DNA from: Octopus vulgaris
Taxonomy: Eukaryota
Direction: 5' to 3'
Length of the DNA stretch: 64,000 nucleotides
Assembly (NCBI GenBank): GCA_951406725.2
Contig: OX597820.1
Coordinates: forward strand, 32,922,001-32,986,000
Shown here piece after piece: positions 51,092-64,000 of the stretch. The notes under the pieces were generated by a model, which saw nothing but the letters and a program-made list of their open reading frames with translations, was not told the origin of the DNA and ran no database searches. Made by a program: the position numbers and the translations under genes. Numbering within the stretch: the first letter of the stretch is position 1; every line of letters begins with the position of its first letter.

Positions 51092-51778
51092 ATATATTTA
51101 TGTATGTTTGTATGTGTGTTCTTTTTTGCAGGTATATATGCATGTGTGTATGTATGTACGGATGCATGGATGTGTAATACATTATTGCTTGCGTGTGTAT
51201 GTGTGTGTGTGTGTGTGTTTGTGTTTGTGTGTGTCTGTGTATTGTGTATATACACGCATATACATATATATATGTATGTATGTATAAGCATAGTTGTATT
51301 GTGTATGTGTGTGTGTGTGTCTATGTGTGTGTATGTGAGTGTTTGTGTCTGTGTCTGTATGTATGCGGATGTGTGAGTTTGTTCTTTTTTGCAGGTATAT
51401 ATGCATGTGTGTATGTATGTACGGATGCATGGATGTGTAATACATTATTGCTTGCGTGTGTATGTGTGTGTGTGTGTGTGTGTCTTGTGTTATGTCGGAC
51501 CTGCAGCCTTGTATGTGGATTGTGTATAGACGGAAACATATATAGATGTATGCCTGTCGCACACACATATGCAAATGGTGTGATTGTTTTATTGTTAGAA
51601 TGGCATTCTAGGATAAGTCTGAGAGGCCAGACCTGGCTGATTTGAAAATAAAATAGGTGGAATATTTGGGACAGTTATGGCTGGTTTGAATGCTACGGGG
51701 TTGAAAGAAAACTGGTTGCTGATGAATGTATGCTTCAGAAAGTTGTCAACGGAGCAAATGACCAAATATAAGCAATAT

Positions 51779-52195
51779 AGGCGTAGGACTGGCTGTGTGG
51801 TAAGTAGCTTGCTCACCAACCACATGTTTCCGGGGTCAGTCCCACTGCGTGGCACCTTGGGCAAGTGTCTTCTACTATAGCCTCGGGCCGACCAAAGCCT
51901 TGTGAGTGGATTTGGTGGACGGAAACTGAAAGAAGCCCATCTATATATGTATAGATATATGTATGTGTGTGTGCATATGTTTGTGTGTCTGTATTTGTCC
52001 CCCCTCCCACATCACTTGACAACCGATGCTCGTTTGTTTACGTCCCCGTAACTTAGCGGTTCGGCAAAAGAGACCGATAGAATAAGTACTAGGCTTACAA
52101 AGAATAAGTCCTGGGGATCGATTTGCTCGACTAAAGATGGTGCTCCAGCATGGCCGCAGTCAAATGCCTGAAACAAGTAAAAGAGAAAGAGAGAG
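51779..52195 (+). mobile_element. SINE family A, full length
   Basis: Full-length homology to 19141-19530. Confidence 0.88.
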
Positions 52196-52612
52196 TATGT
52201 CCGCATCCATGCATGTATGGTTTGTTTTTTTTTTCATTTTCAATTTAAAGAAAATTCCGATTTCGTCTTGAAAACCTTATGTGCACATATTTCGTTGTAC
52301 GCTAGTTGTGTTCACATATTTCGTTGTACGCTAGTTGTAAAACGTGCCCGCGCACGTACAATACGCAGCTTAGAAGGAACATTGGACAAAACTCTGATCT
52401 GACCTAAATAACTAGACAAAAAAACGTCTAATGTTTAAAGTAGAAGAAATTTGAGCACATCCATTTTGGAAAAAAGGATGTACTTCAAAAGCTATACTCT
52501 CTCATGGAAATTCATGAGAGAGCTAAGTGTAACAGCAACGTCAGAGAGCTAAGTGTAACAGCAAAAACAGCAATCTCGTCTAGAGTGCTTACAGCATAAA
52601 AAGAAAGAAATA

Positions 52613-52660
<48 letters not shown>

Positions 52661-53221
52661 CTTCAAATGAGTTGCCGGATGAATTTTTGGTCAAGACAAA
52701 CTTCCGCTGCGAAGATCCAGATATTGTCTTTTCTCTTTTTTTTTAGTTTATGCACAGTTACGCTTAGAATGCAATTGTTCTTCCTGGTTTTCCTCGAAAT
52801 ATTTCTTTCTAATTTCGACTGACACTTTACTTTATCGACCTCGAAAGGATGAAAACTAAAATTGACCTAAAGAAGGTTGAGCTCAGAACGTAAAGACTCA
52901 GAGGAAATGCCGCTAAGCATTATTTTTTTCCCGACGCCCTAACGATTCTGCCAGCTTGCCGCCATAAATATTTCTCTCTAATTTTGGTGCAAGGCTAGAC
53001 ATTTTGAGGGAAGTGAGCAAGTCGATAACCTTGGCCTCAGTACTCGACTGGTTCTTTATGTTATCGGCCTCGAAAGGACGAAAGGTAAAGTTGACCTCAG
53101 AAGAATTTGAACTCAAAACGTAAAGACTCAGAAGAAATGTCGCTAAGCATTATTTTTTTTTCCGACGTGCTAACGATTCTCTCCAAGGCCAGTAATTTTG
53201 AGTGAAGTAATTTGGCGCAAG

Positions 53222-53475
53222 TGGAGGCGCGTGGCTTAGTGGTTAGGGTGTTGAACTCATGATCGTAAGGTTGTGGTTTCGATTCCTGGATCGGGCGATG
53301 CGTTGTGTTCTTGGACAAAACACTTTATTTCACGTTGCTCCAGTCCACTCAGCTGGCAAAAATGAGCAATCCCGCAACGAACCGGCATCCCGTCCAGGAG
53401 GGGAATTTCTATGCCACTGAAACCGGGAAACCGGCCCTTATGAGCCTGGCATGGCTCGAGAAGGAACATTTATTT
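53222..53475 (+). mobile_element. tRNA-derived SINE family C, full length, inserted in a SINE B array
   Basis: TGGCTTAGTGGTTAG A-box, GTTTCGATTCC B-box, ATTT tail; TAATTTGGCGCAAG at ~53208 and ~53483 is a probable TSD. Confidence 0.85.
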
Positions 53476-53789
53476 ATATTTATAATTTGGCGCAAGGCTA
53501 GTAATCACTTCGGCCCCAGTACTCGAGTGGTACTTTATTTTATCGACCTCTAAAGGATGAAAGGCAAAGTTGACTTCGGAAGGTCTTCAGCTTAAAACGT
53601 GGAGAACCGGAAGAAATACTGCCAAGCATTTTGTCCGCCATGCTAAAGATTCTGCCGGCTTACAGTCTTAATCTTACCCAAACTATTATGAAAAATGAAG
53701 CATCCCAGAGAGGGCAATTGTAAAAGAAATATGTAGACAAATATATAAATATGTAAATATTCATACAGACATACACCCAGGCCTATTCC

Positions 53790-54215
53790 CCATTTGTTTT
53801 TCGTTTTTTTTAAAGAGGGTAGCCACAACAAGACATACACCAGGCATTCCATTAATTTCCCAGCTCAAAGAGGCGAGCCCCGTCCTATGTTCGAGTCAAG
53901 GCATAGAACGCAACCCCCAATATCAACAGCAGAACCCGATAGCATATGCTGGTTTACCCTCGCTGCATCATGCCGGTTCCGTATGTCTTTGAGTAACATC
54001 AAATTCACTCATCCGTCCACACTCTCCAAGCTTTCCTATCATTTATAAACTCTCTTGCCTCTCTCACTCCAACTCCTCTAACCACCAAAGCTTTTCTCAC
54101 TCCATCCATCAACACAAACCGAGGTCTGCCTCTGGATCTGCCACTTCAGCTTTCATCACCATCCTTACCATCCGCTCCTCACCCATCCTCTTCATGTGGC
54201 CAAACCACCTCAACA
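53790..54215 (-). mobile_element. Old RTE LINE 3' fragment
   Basis: - strand LRWFGHMKRMGEERMV..RGRPR..DGVRKAL..DRKAWR-stop with one frameshift. Confidence 0.75.
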
Positions 54216-54763
54216 TTCATCTATTCATTTTGGTTGTTAGTTTTTCTCTCATTCCTGTAAATCAGGCAATGATCACCAGGATTACCTCCCAAAACTCAGT
54301 CTAATCTTGCGTTCGCAATCGCGAGACTTCCACAAATACATCAACATCTGTTGATACTTTGTCCACTTGCAGAGGAGGGTATTCTAGGGAATTCAACTGC
54401 TATTTCTAACAGACCAAAGGATCATCTATAGGTTTCCTTCTCCGCTTGGTAATATTGAATGGTCGTGGTAGGTCAATGTCATGTCGCGAGTGGTCACGCT
54501 GTGCGGCTCATCACTATTGCAAGTCCATGAGTTCGATTTTGGGACCGGGCGTCACTTAGATTTTTTTTCTATCAAGGTTGCGAGCTGGCAGATTCGTTAT
54601 TGCTCTTAGAGGCTTTCGTTCGGGTCTTTCTGCGCAGTTCTTTATGCTCTTATTTCAAATTCCATCGAGGTGGGCTTTGCCTTTCATCATTTCGGGGCCG
54701 AAAAAAATAAGTAGCAGTCGAGCCTTACGCCTACAATTGAAAGAAGTAAAATTGAATGAGTTA

Positions 54764-54822
<59 letters not shown>

Positions 54823-54952
54823 TTTGGTTAGTGGTAGTTACTGCAGGAGCAGTAGAAGTAGTTAATAGTAGTTGTTATTGTTCTTGTGGTGGTGGTACTG
54901 CTGTTAGCAGTAGTAGTTGCAGCAGTAGTAGCAACAGTAGTAAAAGTAGTAA

Positions 54953-54986
<34 letters not shown>

Positions 54987-55593
54987 TACTGCAGCAGCAG
55001 CAGCAGCTGTAGTAGTAGTAGTAGTAGTAGTAGTAGTTACTGCAGCAGCAGCTGTAGAAGTAGTAGTAGTAGTAACAGGCAAAGCATGCACAGAATAGGA
55101 AATGAGGTTCGCTACTAAATATTACAATGGTGATAGCCGTTATGTAAGATAACTGACTGATGGCAGATGTGATAAAAAAAAGGATATCGAATGATATGTT
55201 TTATTGAGTAACACTAAAATGTCATGATATATCATTTCGTGTATGGTGGTGGTAGTGGTGGGGGTGGTTGTGGCTAGTGGTAGTCGTGCCTAGAGATGGA
55301 GGAGAATCTGGTGGTAGCTAACGGTGGTGATATATATGTATGAAATACACACGCGTGAGCGCGCATATTAGACCATATAAGATCATATACATATTTCATA
55401 TATTATATATCATATACATATTTGCATACATATAAACAATATCCAAATGGAACCGCTGAAATACATGTGTATGGATTTGTGTGTGTATATGTGTGTTTTT
55501 GGGTGTTTGTGTGTGAGTGTGTGTGCGTGTTACTTTGGAGAGTACATAATACATAATGTATCTATAAGCGTAGTTTGTACATACATAGACATG

Positions 55594-55668
<75 letters not shown>

Positions 55669-56245
55669 CATATACATATATATATACACATACATACACA
55701 CATACATAGGTCATATATAACAATATTCATGTGCATACATATAGATATACATATATGAATTTATATTTGTGTGTATATATATACATATATATACATATAT
55801 TATATATGATTGTGCATGTATGCACAGGGCCCGAAATAAGACGATAATTTATTTTCGAACGCAGAGTCACTGTTAGAAAAGCAGAAACATTCAGTAAATT
55901 ACCCTTACAAAGCGGAAATATTCGTCAACAACCAGCTCGGAAACTCGAACACATATCTCTTTATATGACTCCGGCTAAGTGCTTTACACATTAGCTAAAC
56001 TGCCCGCTGACGAATCCATCCGCTTTTTTCTAAAAGTTAAATGTGTGTACGTTTGTGTGCCTGTTTATGTATGTATGTATGTATGTATGTATGTATGTAT
56101 GTATGTATGTATGTATGTATGTATGTATGTATGTATGTATGTATGTGTGTGTGTATGTATGTATGTATGTATGTATGTATGTGTGTATGTATGTATTTAT
56201 GTATGTATGTATGTATGTATATGCACATATACAAATATACATACT

Positions 56246-56291
<46 letters not shown>

Positions 56292-56295
<4 letters not shown>

Positions 56296-56552
56296 GAAAT
56301 TTACAGCAAAAACAAAAGACGAAGACAATGTATAAACAACAACCAGGTATATTAGTTTAACGCTCGAGAGGATGAGAAAGTATTTTACGTTTCGAGCCTA
56401 CGCTCTTCAACAGAAAGGAACACGACGAAATAAACAGAGAGAGAATCCAAAAATTTTTGGAGCTAGCGGTCAATCATGGCGGCTGGCTGGACACACACAG
56501 ACACACACACACACACTCATGCACACACATATATGTGTGTGTATGTGTGTGC

Positions 56553-56651
<99 letters not shown>

Positions 56652-56875
56652 TATATATATAGTTAATCCAAACATGAAAACACAAAGAGAAAACTCAATA
56701 ACGCGAGGACGTGGAACAAATATAGTATTATTGGACGCTCAGGAAGGAAGGGAAGAAGGAGGGTTTAACCTTTCGAGAGGAGCTCTTCGTCAGAAACATA
56801 GGAAAAGGAAAGATCCATAGAAGGGAAGACGGAGGGAAAAAAATCGTCAACGGTACACACGTGGTCACATTTTGA
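56292..56875 (-). mobile_element. Two (TA)n-embedded Penelope-like fragments with mutated minimal hammerhead motifs
   Basis: - strand CTGTTGA-A-GAGCGTAGGCTC-GAAACGTA (~56385-56413) and CTGACGA-A-GAGCTCCTCTC-GAAAGGTT (~56766-56793). Confidence 0.55.
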
Positions 56876-57644
56876 CATACATACATACATACATACATAC
56901 ATACGCATATATTCACACTGAACGACAGCTGGCAGAATAGTTCGTACGCCGAAACATAGTTCGTACGCGAAACATTCAAAGGTACTTCGTCCGACCTTAC
57001 GTTCTAAATTCAAATAGCACCGAGGCCGACTTTGTCTTTCATCTTTTCGGGGTCTATAACATAAGTACCAGTTGAGAACTGGGATCAATGTGATCGACTT
57101 AACTGCACCTGAGTAAGAATGTAAAAACTCCACCCTTCTGCCAAGTCATGTCGAACTAGTGTGGCGGAGTAGACTCATCAAACCAGTTATGATCTCAAGC
57201 TCAAATTCACGGCCTTACACATCGGACCGTGGTTGGTGGAGAGAGACTATGCTGAGACCTTTGTCCAGCAGTGGACCGAACATAGGCAATAGGTTTGTTT
57301 CTGAATAAAGATCAAAAGGATATGATATTGAAATCGTAAGCTACAACGATCATAATTTCTTAAAAGGAATTCCGAGTTCAAATTCCACCGAGGTCAGCTT
57401 TGCCTTTTATCCTTTCGAAAACGATACATACATACATACATACATACATACATACATACATACATACATACATACATACATACATTCACACGCATACATA
57501 TATTCACACGCATACATACATACATATATACATACATACATGCATACATACATACAAACGGACGTACGTACGTACATACATACATACATATTTACATACA
57601 TACATACATACATACATTCACACGCATACATATATTCACATACA

Positions 57645-57678
<34 letters not shown>

Positions 57679-57963
57679 CATACATGCATACATACATCAA
57701 AAAACGAATGTTTGTTTATAACAATATACACGTCTATATGATCCATGGTCCAGATATAATCGGATAATTTGGACAGTGCAGTGGCCCTAGTACACTTTCA
57801 ACAGTCGGCTGGTCATCCACGAAATATCACAAATAAAGACACCTACACTAAGGGCTTATATACACACGTGGTTTTAACAGCCTAACTTGACCACTAGCGT
57901 CCTTATTCTCTAGTGATAAGACAAGCGAATGCTGGGCTAAAAATCCGCTTTGGCCAAATACAG

Positions 57964-58054
<91 letters not shown>

Positions 58055-58056
<2 letters not shown>

Positions 58057-58465
58057 TCTTTTATTCTTTTATTAGTTTCAGTTATTTGACTGCGACCATG
58101 CTGGGGCACCGCATTTAGTCGAACAAATCGACCCCAGGACTTATTCTTTGTAAGCCTAATACTTATTCTATCGGTGTTTTTTGCCGAACCGCTAAGTTAT
58201 GGGGACGTGAACAGACCAGCATCGGTTGTCAAGCGATGGTGGGGGGGACAATCACAGACACACAAACACAGACACAGACACACACATACACACACACATA
58301 TATATATATATACATATATACGAGGGCTTCTTTCAGTTTCCGTCTACCAAGTCCACTCACAAGGCTTTGGTCGGCTCGAGGCTATAGTAGAAGCCAAAAT
58401 GTCACACAGTGGGACTGAACCCGGAACCATGTGGTTGGTAAGCAAGCTACTTACCACACACCCAT
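58055..58465 (-). mobile_element. SINE family A
   Basis: Reverse complement of 51779-52195. Confidence 0.85.
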
Positions 58466-58683
58466 ATAATAATATATACGTAATATATACTTAGATACAC
58501 ATGCATATACGTATGTATGGCTGTGTATGTATATACATTTGCATCCGTATAGGAACATGTGTATGTATACACACGCGCGCTTGCGCACACATAAACATTG
58601 AAAGTAAATCAATAACGTAGTCAAAGACCTCTAATATTTAGAGGCGTGTGAATTTGTAATATACGCATATATTTGTATTATAA

Positions 58684-58758
<75 letters not shown>

Positions 58759-58787
58759 CTGTATATATATCTGTATATATATCTGTA

Positions 58788-58919
<132 letters not shown>

Positions 58920-59266
58920 TTGTATATACGTATGAATTCATGCATACATGTCTGTGTGTTTATGTACATATATATGTTTGTATGTATGTATGTGTGTATG
59001 TATATAAGTATGTATGTATGTAAGTATGTATGTATGTATGTATGTATGTATGTATGTATGTATCTAAATATAGAAATGGTTTACAACACTAAACCTGACT
59101 ACTTTCACAAGAAAACCCCACCGTTTTGTTCTTTTCTCATGAGATCCCTTCCTGCTGCTCCTTTATTCCCAGAATAAATTCAAGAAACTCCTTCATCTCA
59201 TTTCCTCTCATTGACTTTGATGTTTTTACGACCATTTTCACTATATATATATGTATAAGTACATAC

Positions 59267-59316
<50 letters not shown>

Positions 59317-59391
59317 TTACCTTCCGACATCCATACCTGCCGGCCTTCTTTCTTGTCTCACCATTTATTTGTGTATACGTTTAATGTACAC

Positions 59392-59449
<58 letters not shown>

Positions 59450-59548
59450 TTTCCTTCCTTCCTGCTTTCCTTCCTCCCTTCCTATCTGTCTATCTGTCTG
59501 CCTGCCTGTCTTTTTGCCTGTGTGTGTGTGTGTCTGTCTGTCTATCTG

Positions 59549-59671
<123 letters not shown>

Positions 59672-60432
59672 ACCTACCTACCTACCTACCTTCTTATCTA
59701 TTTATTTATCCATCCACTCATCCACCCATCCATTTCCCGACCATAAAAGGCATCGTATTCTTTGGCAATTTGCTTCTATCCACGTAGCTCAAGACTTCCC
59801 AGTATCATTCAAAACTCATCTGGATCCTCGCTACCACAGATTTATTGTCGTAGGTAAGGTGTTCGGGAAGTCACGGGCATGTGCGACTCCGGAGCAGATC
59901 TATTCATGAGAAACCCCAATGTCATGTGATTCATCGTTGAACGGATGTGTAATAAACATGTTTTCGATGGGGCCTTGATCTATTTGGATCAATCGAAAGC
60001 TCTCCTTAGGGTTTTGATCCTGATTCATTTTTAAAGGTTGTATCATTTCAACATACAGCACCATCTAATTTTTTTATCAATTTCCCCCAAATATATTTAT
60101 TTATGACGGCGTTACCCCCTTGACTTGAAAAGAAGAAAATCCTAGATTCTTTGAATTCAAAAGGCTTATTGAATCTATTTATATGGAGAATACAATTATA
60201 AATATAAAAACTATAAAATAAATGCGATAAAATTAATTAATATCTTCATTAAGAAACAAAAGGATTTTTCTAGAAAGATTTTCACTTCAGGTTTTGGAGA
60301 AATGATGTTTCATTTTTGTTACAATCACATCAAAATTGGTGTTATTTTTATGCCAGAGCAATTTGGATACAGTCTTCGGGGGCCAATCGATTACTCTGCT
60401 TTGTTTTTATGTTCATTAGAGGGGAAAATCCT

Positions 60433-60727
60433 TGTTGACAAACCGGGGTAAATGAAATTCTTGTGGGTAATGAGGACTCATTAAACATAAGCAAAATCAT
60501 ATTTAAAAAATGTATTCCTTGTTACGACAGAAATTTTCTTCTGGCATGAAGTAGGTTGTTGCAAAAGGCAGCAAATTTTGATTGCCTTTTGCAACAACCT
60601 ACCTCATGCCAGAAGAAAAAATTTCTGTCGTAACAAAGAACACGTTTTTTTTTTCTTTAAATGATTTTGCTTATGTTTAATGAGTCCTCATATACACAAG
60701 AATTTCGTTTACTCGGGTTTGTCAACA
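60433..60727. mobile_element. ~295-bp hairpin MITE/foldback
   Basis: TGTTGACAAACC...GCAAAAGGCA-(loop)-TGCCTTTTGC...GGTTTGTCAACA; ~140-bp arms. Confidence 0.85.
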
Positions 60728-60949
60728 GATATAAAGGGTAGATCAGATAAATGGCAATCTATCGAAACTGTTTCAAAGCACAAGCATGGTCTGCATTTTT
60801 TGGAGGAAAATTGAGATGTGGAAGTACATCGTGTTTGAACCGCATCGAGGTTAACCTTTATCTTCACACGCGCACACACACTTACACAATCGCGCTTACA
60901 CATAGACATGGAATGCACACACTCATTTATAGATACGTATAAGCGGTGA

Positions 60950-61600
60950 TGGTGCATGACTCAGTGGTTAGAGAATCGGGCTTACGACCATGGGGTAGCG
61001 AGTTCGTTTCACGGACCGGGCTGTGTGTTGTGTTCTTGAAAAAGACACCTTATTTCACGTTACTCCAATTCACTCAGCTGTAAAAATGAGTTGTGACATC
61101 ACTGGTGCCAAGCTGTATTGGCCTTTGCTTTTCTCTCAGATAACATCGGTGGCATGGAGAGGGAAGGCTGGTATGCATGGGTGTACGCTGGTTTTCCATG
61201 AACAACCTTGCCCGGACTTGTGCCTCGGAGGGGAACTTTCTAGATGCAATCCCATGATCATTCATGACCGAAGTGGGGGGGGGGGTCTTTACTCTTTTAC
61301 CCTTTACACATATACATGTGAGAGTACAAGGCTTACTGGTTAAGGGATTGCACTTACGATCGCATGATGGTGGTTTCAATTCCTGAAGCGGGCGGTGCGT
61401 TGTGTTCACCTCATGTTGCTCTGCGATCACTTCGATAACGGAAGCGTGATACACTGTGCACCTGATCAGGCAACGTCGATTTAATGAAGGGCAGGTGCTA
61501 ACGTACAGGACATACATTTGGTCACTATAATCAAATTATTTGTGCAGGTTGTTCAGCAAGCAATTGCAGAAACTTCTTTCTCATACAAGAGACCACCATT
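60950..61600 (+). mobile_element. Two tRNA-headed SINEs related to family C
   Basis: TGACTCAGTGGTTAG..GAGTTCGTTTC..GTTGTGTTCTTG and GGCTTACTGGTTAAG..GTTTCAATTCC..GTTGTGTTC heads. Confidence 0.6.
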
Positions 61601-61705
61601 ACACACATACATACGTACGTACGTACGTACATACATACATACATACATACATACATACATACATACATACATAATACATACATACATACGTACGTACATA
61701 CAACA

Positions 61706-61739
<34 letters not shown>

Positions 61740-61884
61740 CATACATACATACATAACTATATCTGTTTATAAATGTATATTTGTATGAACATGTGTATGT
61801 GTTTTTATATGAATGTATATGTTTGTACATGTATGTATGTACGTCTATATGTACGTCAATATGTAAGCGGATACACACACACAC

Positions 61885-61921
<37 letters not shown>

Positions 61922-62007
61922 TACACACATACTTTCTGCAAATCATTCTGTTTCTTTCTTCTATTATATTGGAGGGCCAAATGGCTAAAGAGAAATCATC
62001 ATCATCA

Positions 62008-62062
<55 letters not shown>

Positions 62063-62063
<1 letters not shown>

Positions 62064-62700
62064 GTCTTTTTTTTCTTCTTTCAAATTTGCTTCCATTTCT
62101 TGCCGAGGGTCTTCCCGACTCCTAGGGCAAAGAAACTCATAGTATACATTGGTAGGCCATTAAACTAAACTCACTAGTTCGTTCTTTTATTTTTTTTTAA
62201 GTTAAATTAAAATACATGGGTAGTAATAGTGCTCACATCGACAATGCTCTTCTCAATACGTGTGATGTACCAGTTAAGACAATCTTTTGCACTTCTTGCA
62301 GGGATGGTAAGCCAGGGATCATTCTCATATAATTTTCGGTTCCCTTCTTGATCATTCCCAGTGCTCCTACGATTGTAACCGCCTTGAGATGCCACATTTT
62401 CTCAATTTCAATGAGCAGGTCTTTATATTTTCTGAGCTTGTCAAACTCTTTCGCCGAGATATTATGATTACAGGGGATGCTCATGTCGATCAATAAGCAA
62501 ACTTTATTGTTTTGGTCTTTCACAACAATATCCGGTTTATTGGCTTTGATGGTTCGGTCTGTATGTACTGGAAAGTCCCACATAATCGTTACATTTTCTC
62601 CTTCAGTTACAGCTTCAGGGTGGTGATTATACCACTTGTCGGCAGTTTTGATATTGTAATGCTGACTTATTACCCAACTCTGTCATGTCTTAATTTATAC
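62063..62700 (-). mobile_element. 3' fragment of an RLE-type (R4/Dong-like) non-LTR retrotransposon between (TTA)n tracts
   Basis: RHDRV at ~62673-62689, then WDFPVHTDRTIKANKPDIVV..IDMSIP..KLRKYKDL..IVGALG (PD..D restriction-like endonuclease). Confidence 0.88.
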
Positions 62701-62707
62701 TCCACTG

Positions 62708-62782
<75 letters not shown>

Positions 62783-63250
62783 GAGAGAGCAGTGAGAATG
62801 CATGCCACCAGAGTGACACGGGTAAAATATACAAAGCCCAGTATACCCATCATGACTACCCGTCTGATAAGGGTACACCAGGCACATGCATCACAACCAT
62901 ATGTGCGTGACATGGTGATCTCATATCAAGATAAACAGCGCATGACCTTGCAGGTGGGGCCCAGTTAGAATGTTCTTCTGGTCGAGTAACCTATCCCGCT
63001 GAAAGGGTTCTTGAATAAGGGTTGTTTAAGGATGTTAAATGAAACACCTATGTTTCCATAGGTGAATTATTCAAACTCCATAGAATCCCTCTCAACACAT
63101 GGCTATGATGCTCCCCTACTACTTCCGCACGTGATCAGAGATGCACATATTGTCAGCCACTAAGGGACATGCTCAACTGGTTAAGGTCAAACAACTGACA
63201 AGCAAATCTGTGGTATTGAGCAGAATTTTTGCTGTAGCCCATCTTTTATA
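62783..63250 (-). mobile_element. Non-coding ~470-bp element flanked by (TTA)n, probably a non-autonomous retroelement
   Basis: Discrete ORF-less block of higher GC bounded on both sides by long (TTA)n. Confidence 0.5.
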
Positions 63251-63254
63251 ACAA

Positions 63255-63329
<75 letters not shown>

Positions 63330-63598
63330 GCAGTGAGCTGGTAGAATAGTTTCCACGTCGGGCAAAATTCCTGGCGGCATTTCGTCCGTTTTAACGTTCT
63401 GGTGGTGGCGACGGTCGTGGTGGTGGTGGTGGTGGTGGTGGTGGTTGTGGTAGGGTGATGGTAACCAAATATCTATGGTCGTATGCTTGAGTCATGTTTG
63501 AGAAAAGATCACATATTCAACATTTCAATTGATACGTTCACATTTCTAAACCGGCATTAACCTTGCTAGCGTCTATCGTTGCTCCAATTCCAATAGCA

Positions 63599-63681
<83 letters not shown>

Positions 63682-64000
63682 AATCTATCTATCTATCTGT
63701 GTCTGTGTATGTGTGTGTGTGTGTGTGTGTGTCTGCGTGTGCTGCTTATGTATGTGTGTGATTGTTTGCGTTTATGTGTGTGATTGTGTGCGTTTATGTG
63801 TGTGTAGTACACACACACACATGTAGCTACACACATACGCATGCATATGTAACTTCAAGTATCATACGCTGTGTCTATTCATTTTTATGAAGGTAATAAA
63901 AAATTAATGATAAAAAATTTTTCTCTCTTATTATTCTCCATACAGGCACGCATGCAAGCACGTACGCGCGCGCACACACACACACACACAGTGTTTATAT

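Noticed and set aside
54756-55118. Poly-Ser / poly-Thr / poly-Val ORFs
   Set aside because: (AGT)n and (AGC)n trinucleotide repeats open in several frames; no supporting splice or domain evidence
59905-60030. ~42-codon open frame on - (MNQDQNPKESF...SHE-stop)
   Set aside because: No recognisable motif, no polypyrimidine acceptor; length compatible with chance

Overview
AT-rich, microsatellite-dense animal genomic DNA. The SINE repertoire resembles that of Octopus (inference from recalled repeat sequences, not a database search). One protein-coding gene is supported: a KLF5-like C2H2 zinc-finger transcription factor on + with coding exons 10678-11920, 12596-12655 and 13480-13667; its first exon was not located with certainty. 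At ~29-41 kb on the - strand lies a decayed tandem array of U2 snRNA units: one intact but variant U2 gene (41097-41286), two pseudogenes, and a fourth unit that keeps a U2-type 5' flank but has the 5' end/ORF1 of a LINE where U2 should be. The rest is transposon-derived: three tRNA-type SINE families, CR1, RTE and R4/Dong-like LINE fragments, Tc1/mariner, piggyBac-like and Helitron-like elements. The most striking pattern is a recurring class of (TA)n-embedded foldback elements (tail + arm + loop + inverted arm). Several of them, and other (TA)n-flanked inserts, carry type I hammerhead ribozyme motifs, one with a fully intact core at 47005-47082; they are probably Penelope-like derivatives. 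Most ORFs in the supplied track are microsatellite or SINE artefacts. Repeat boundaries were read by eye and are approximate.
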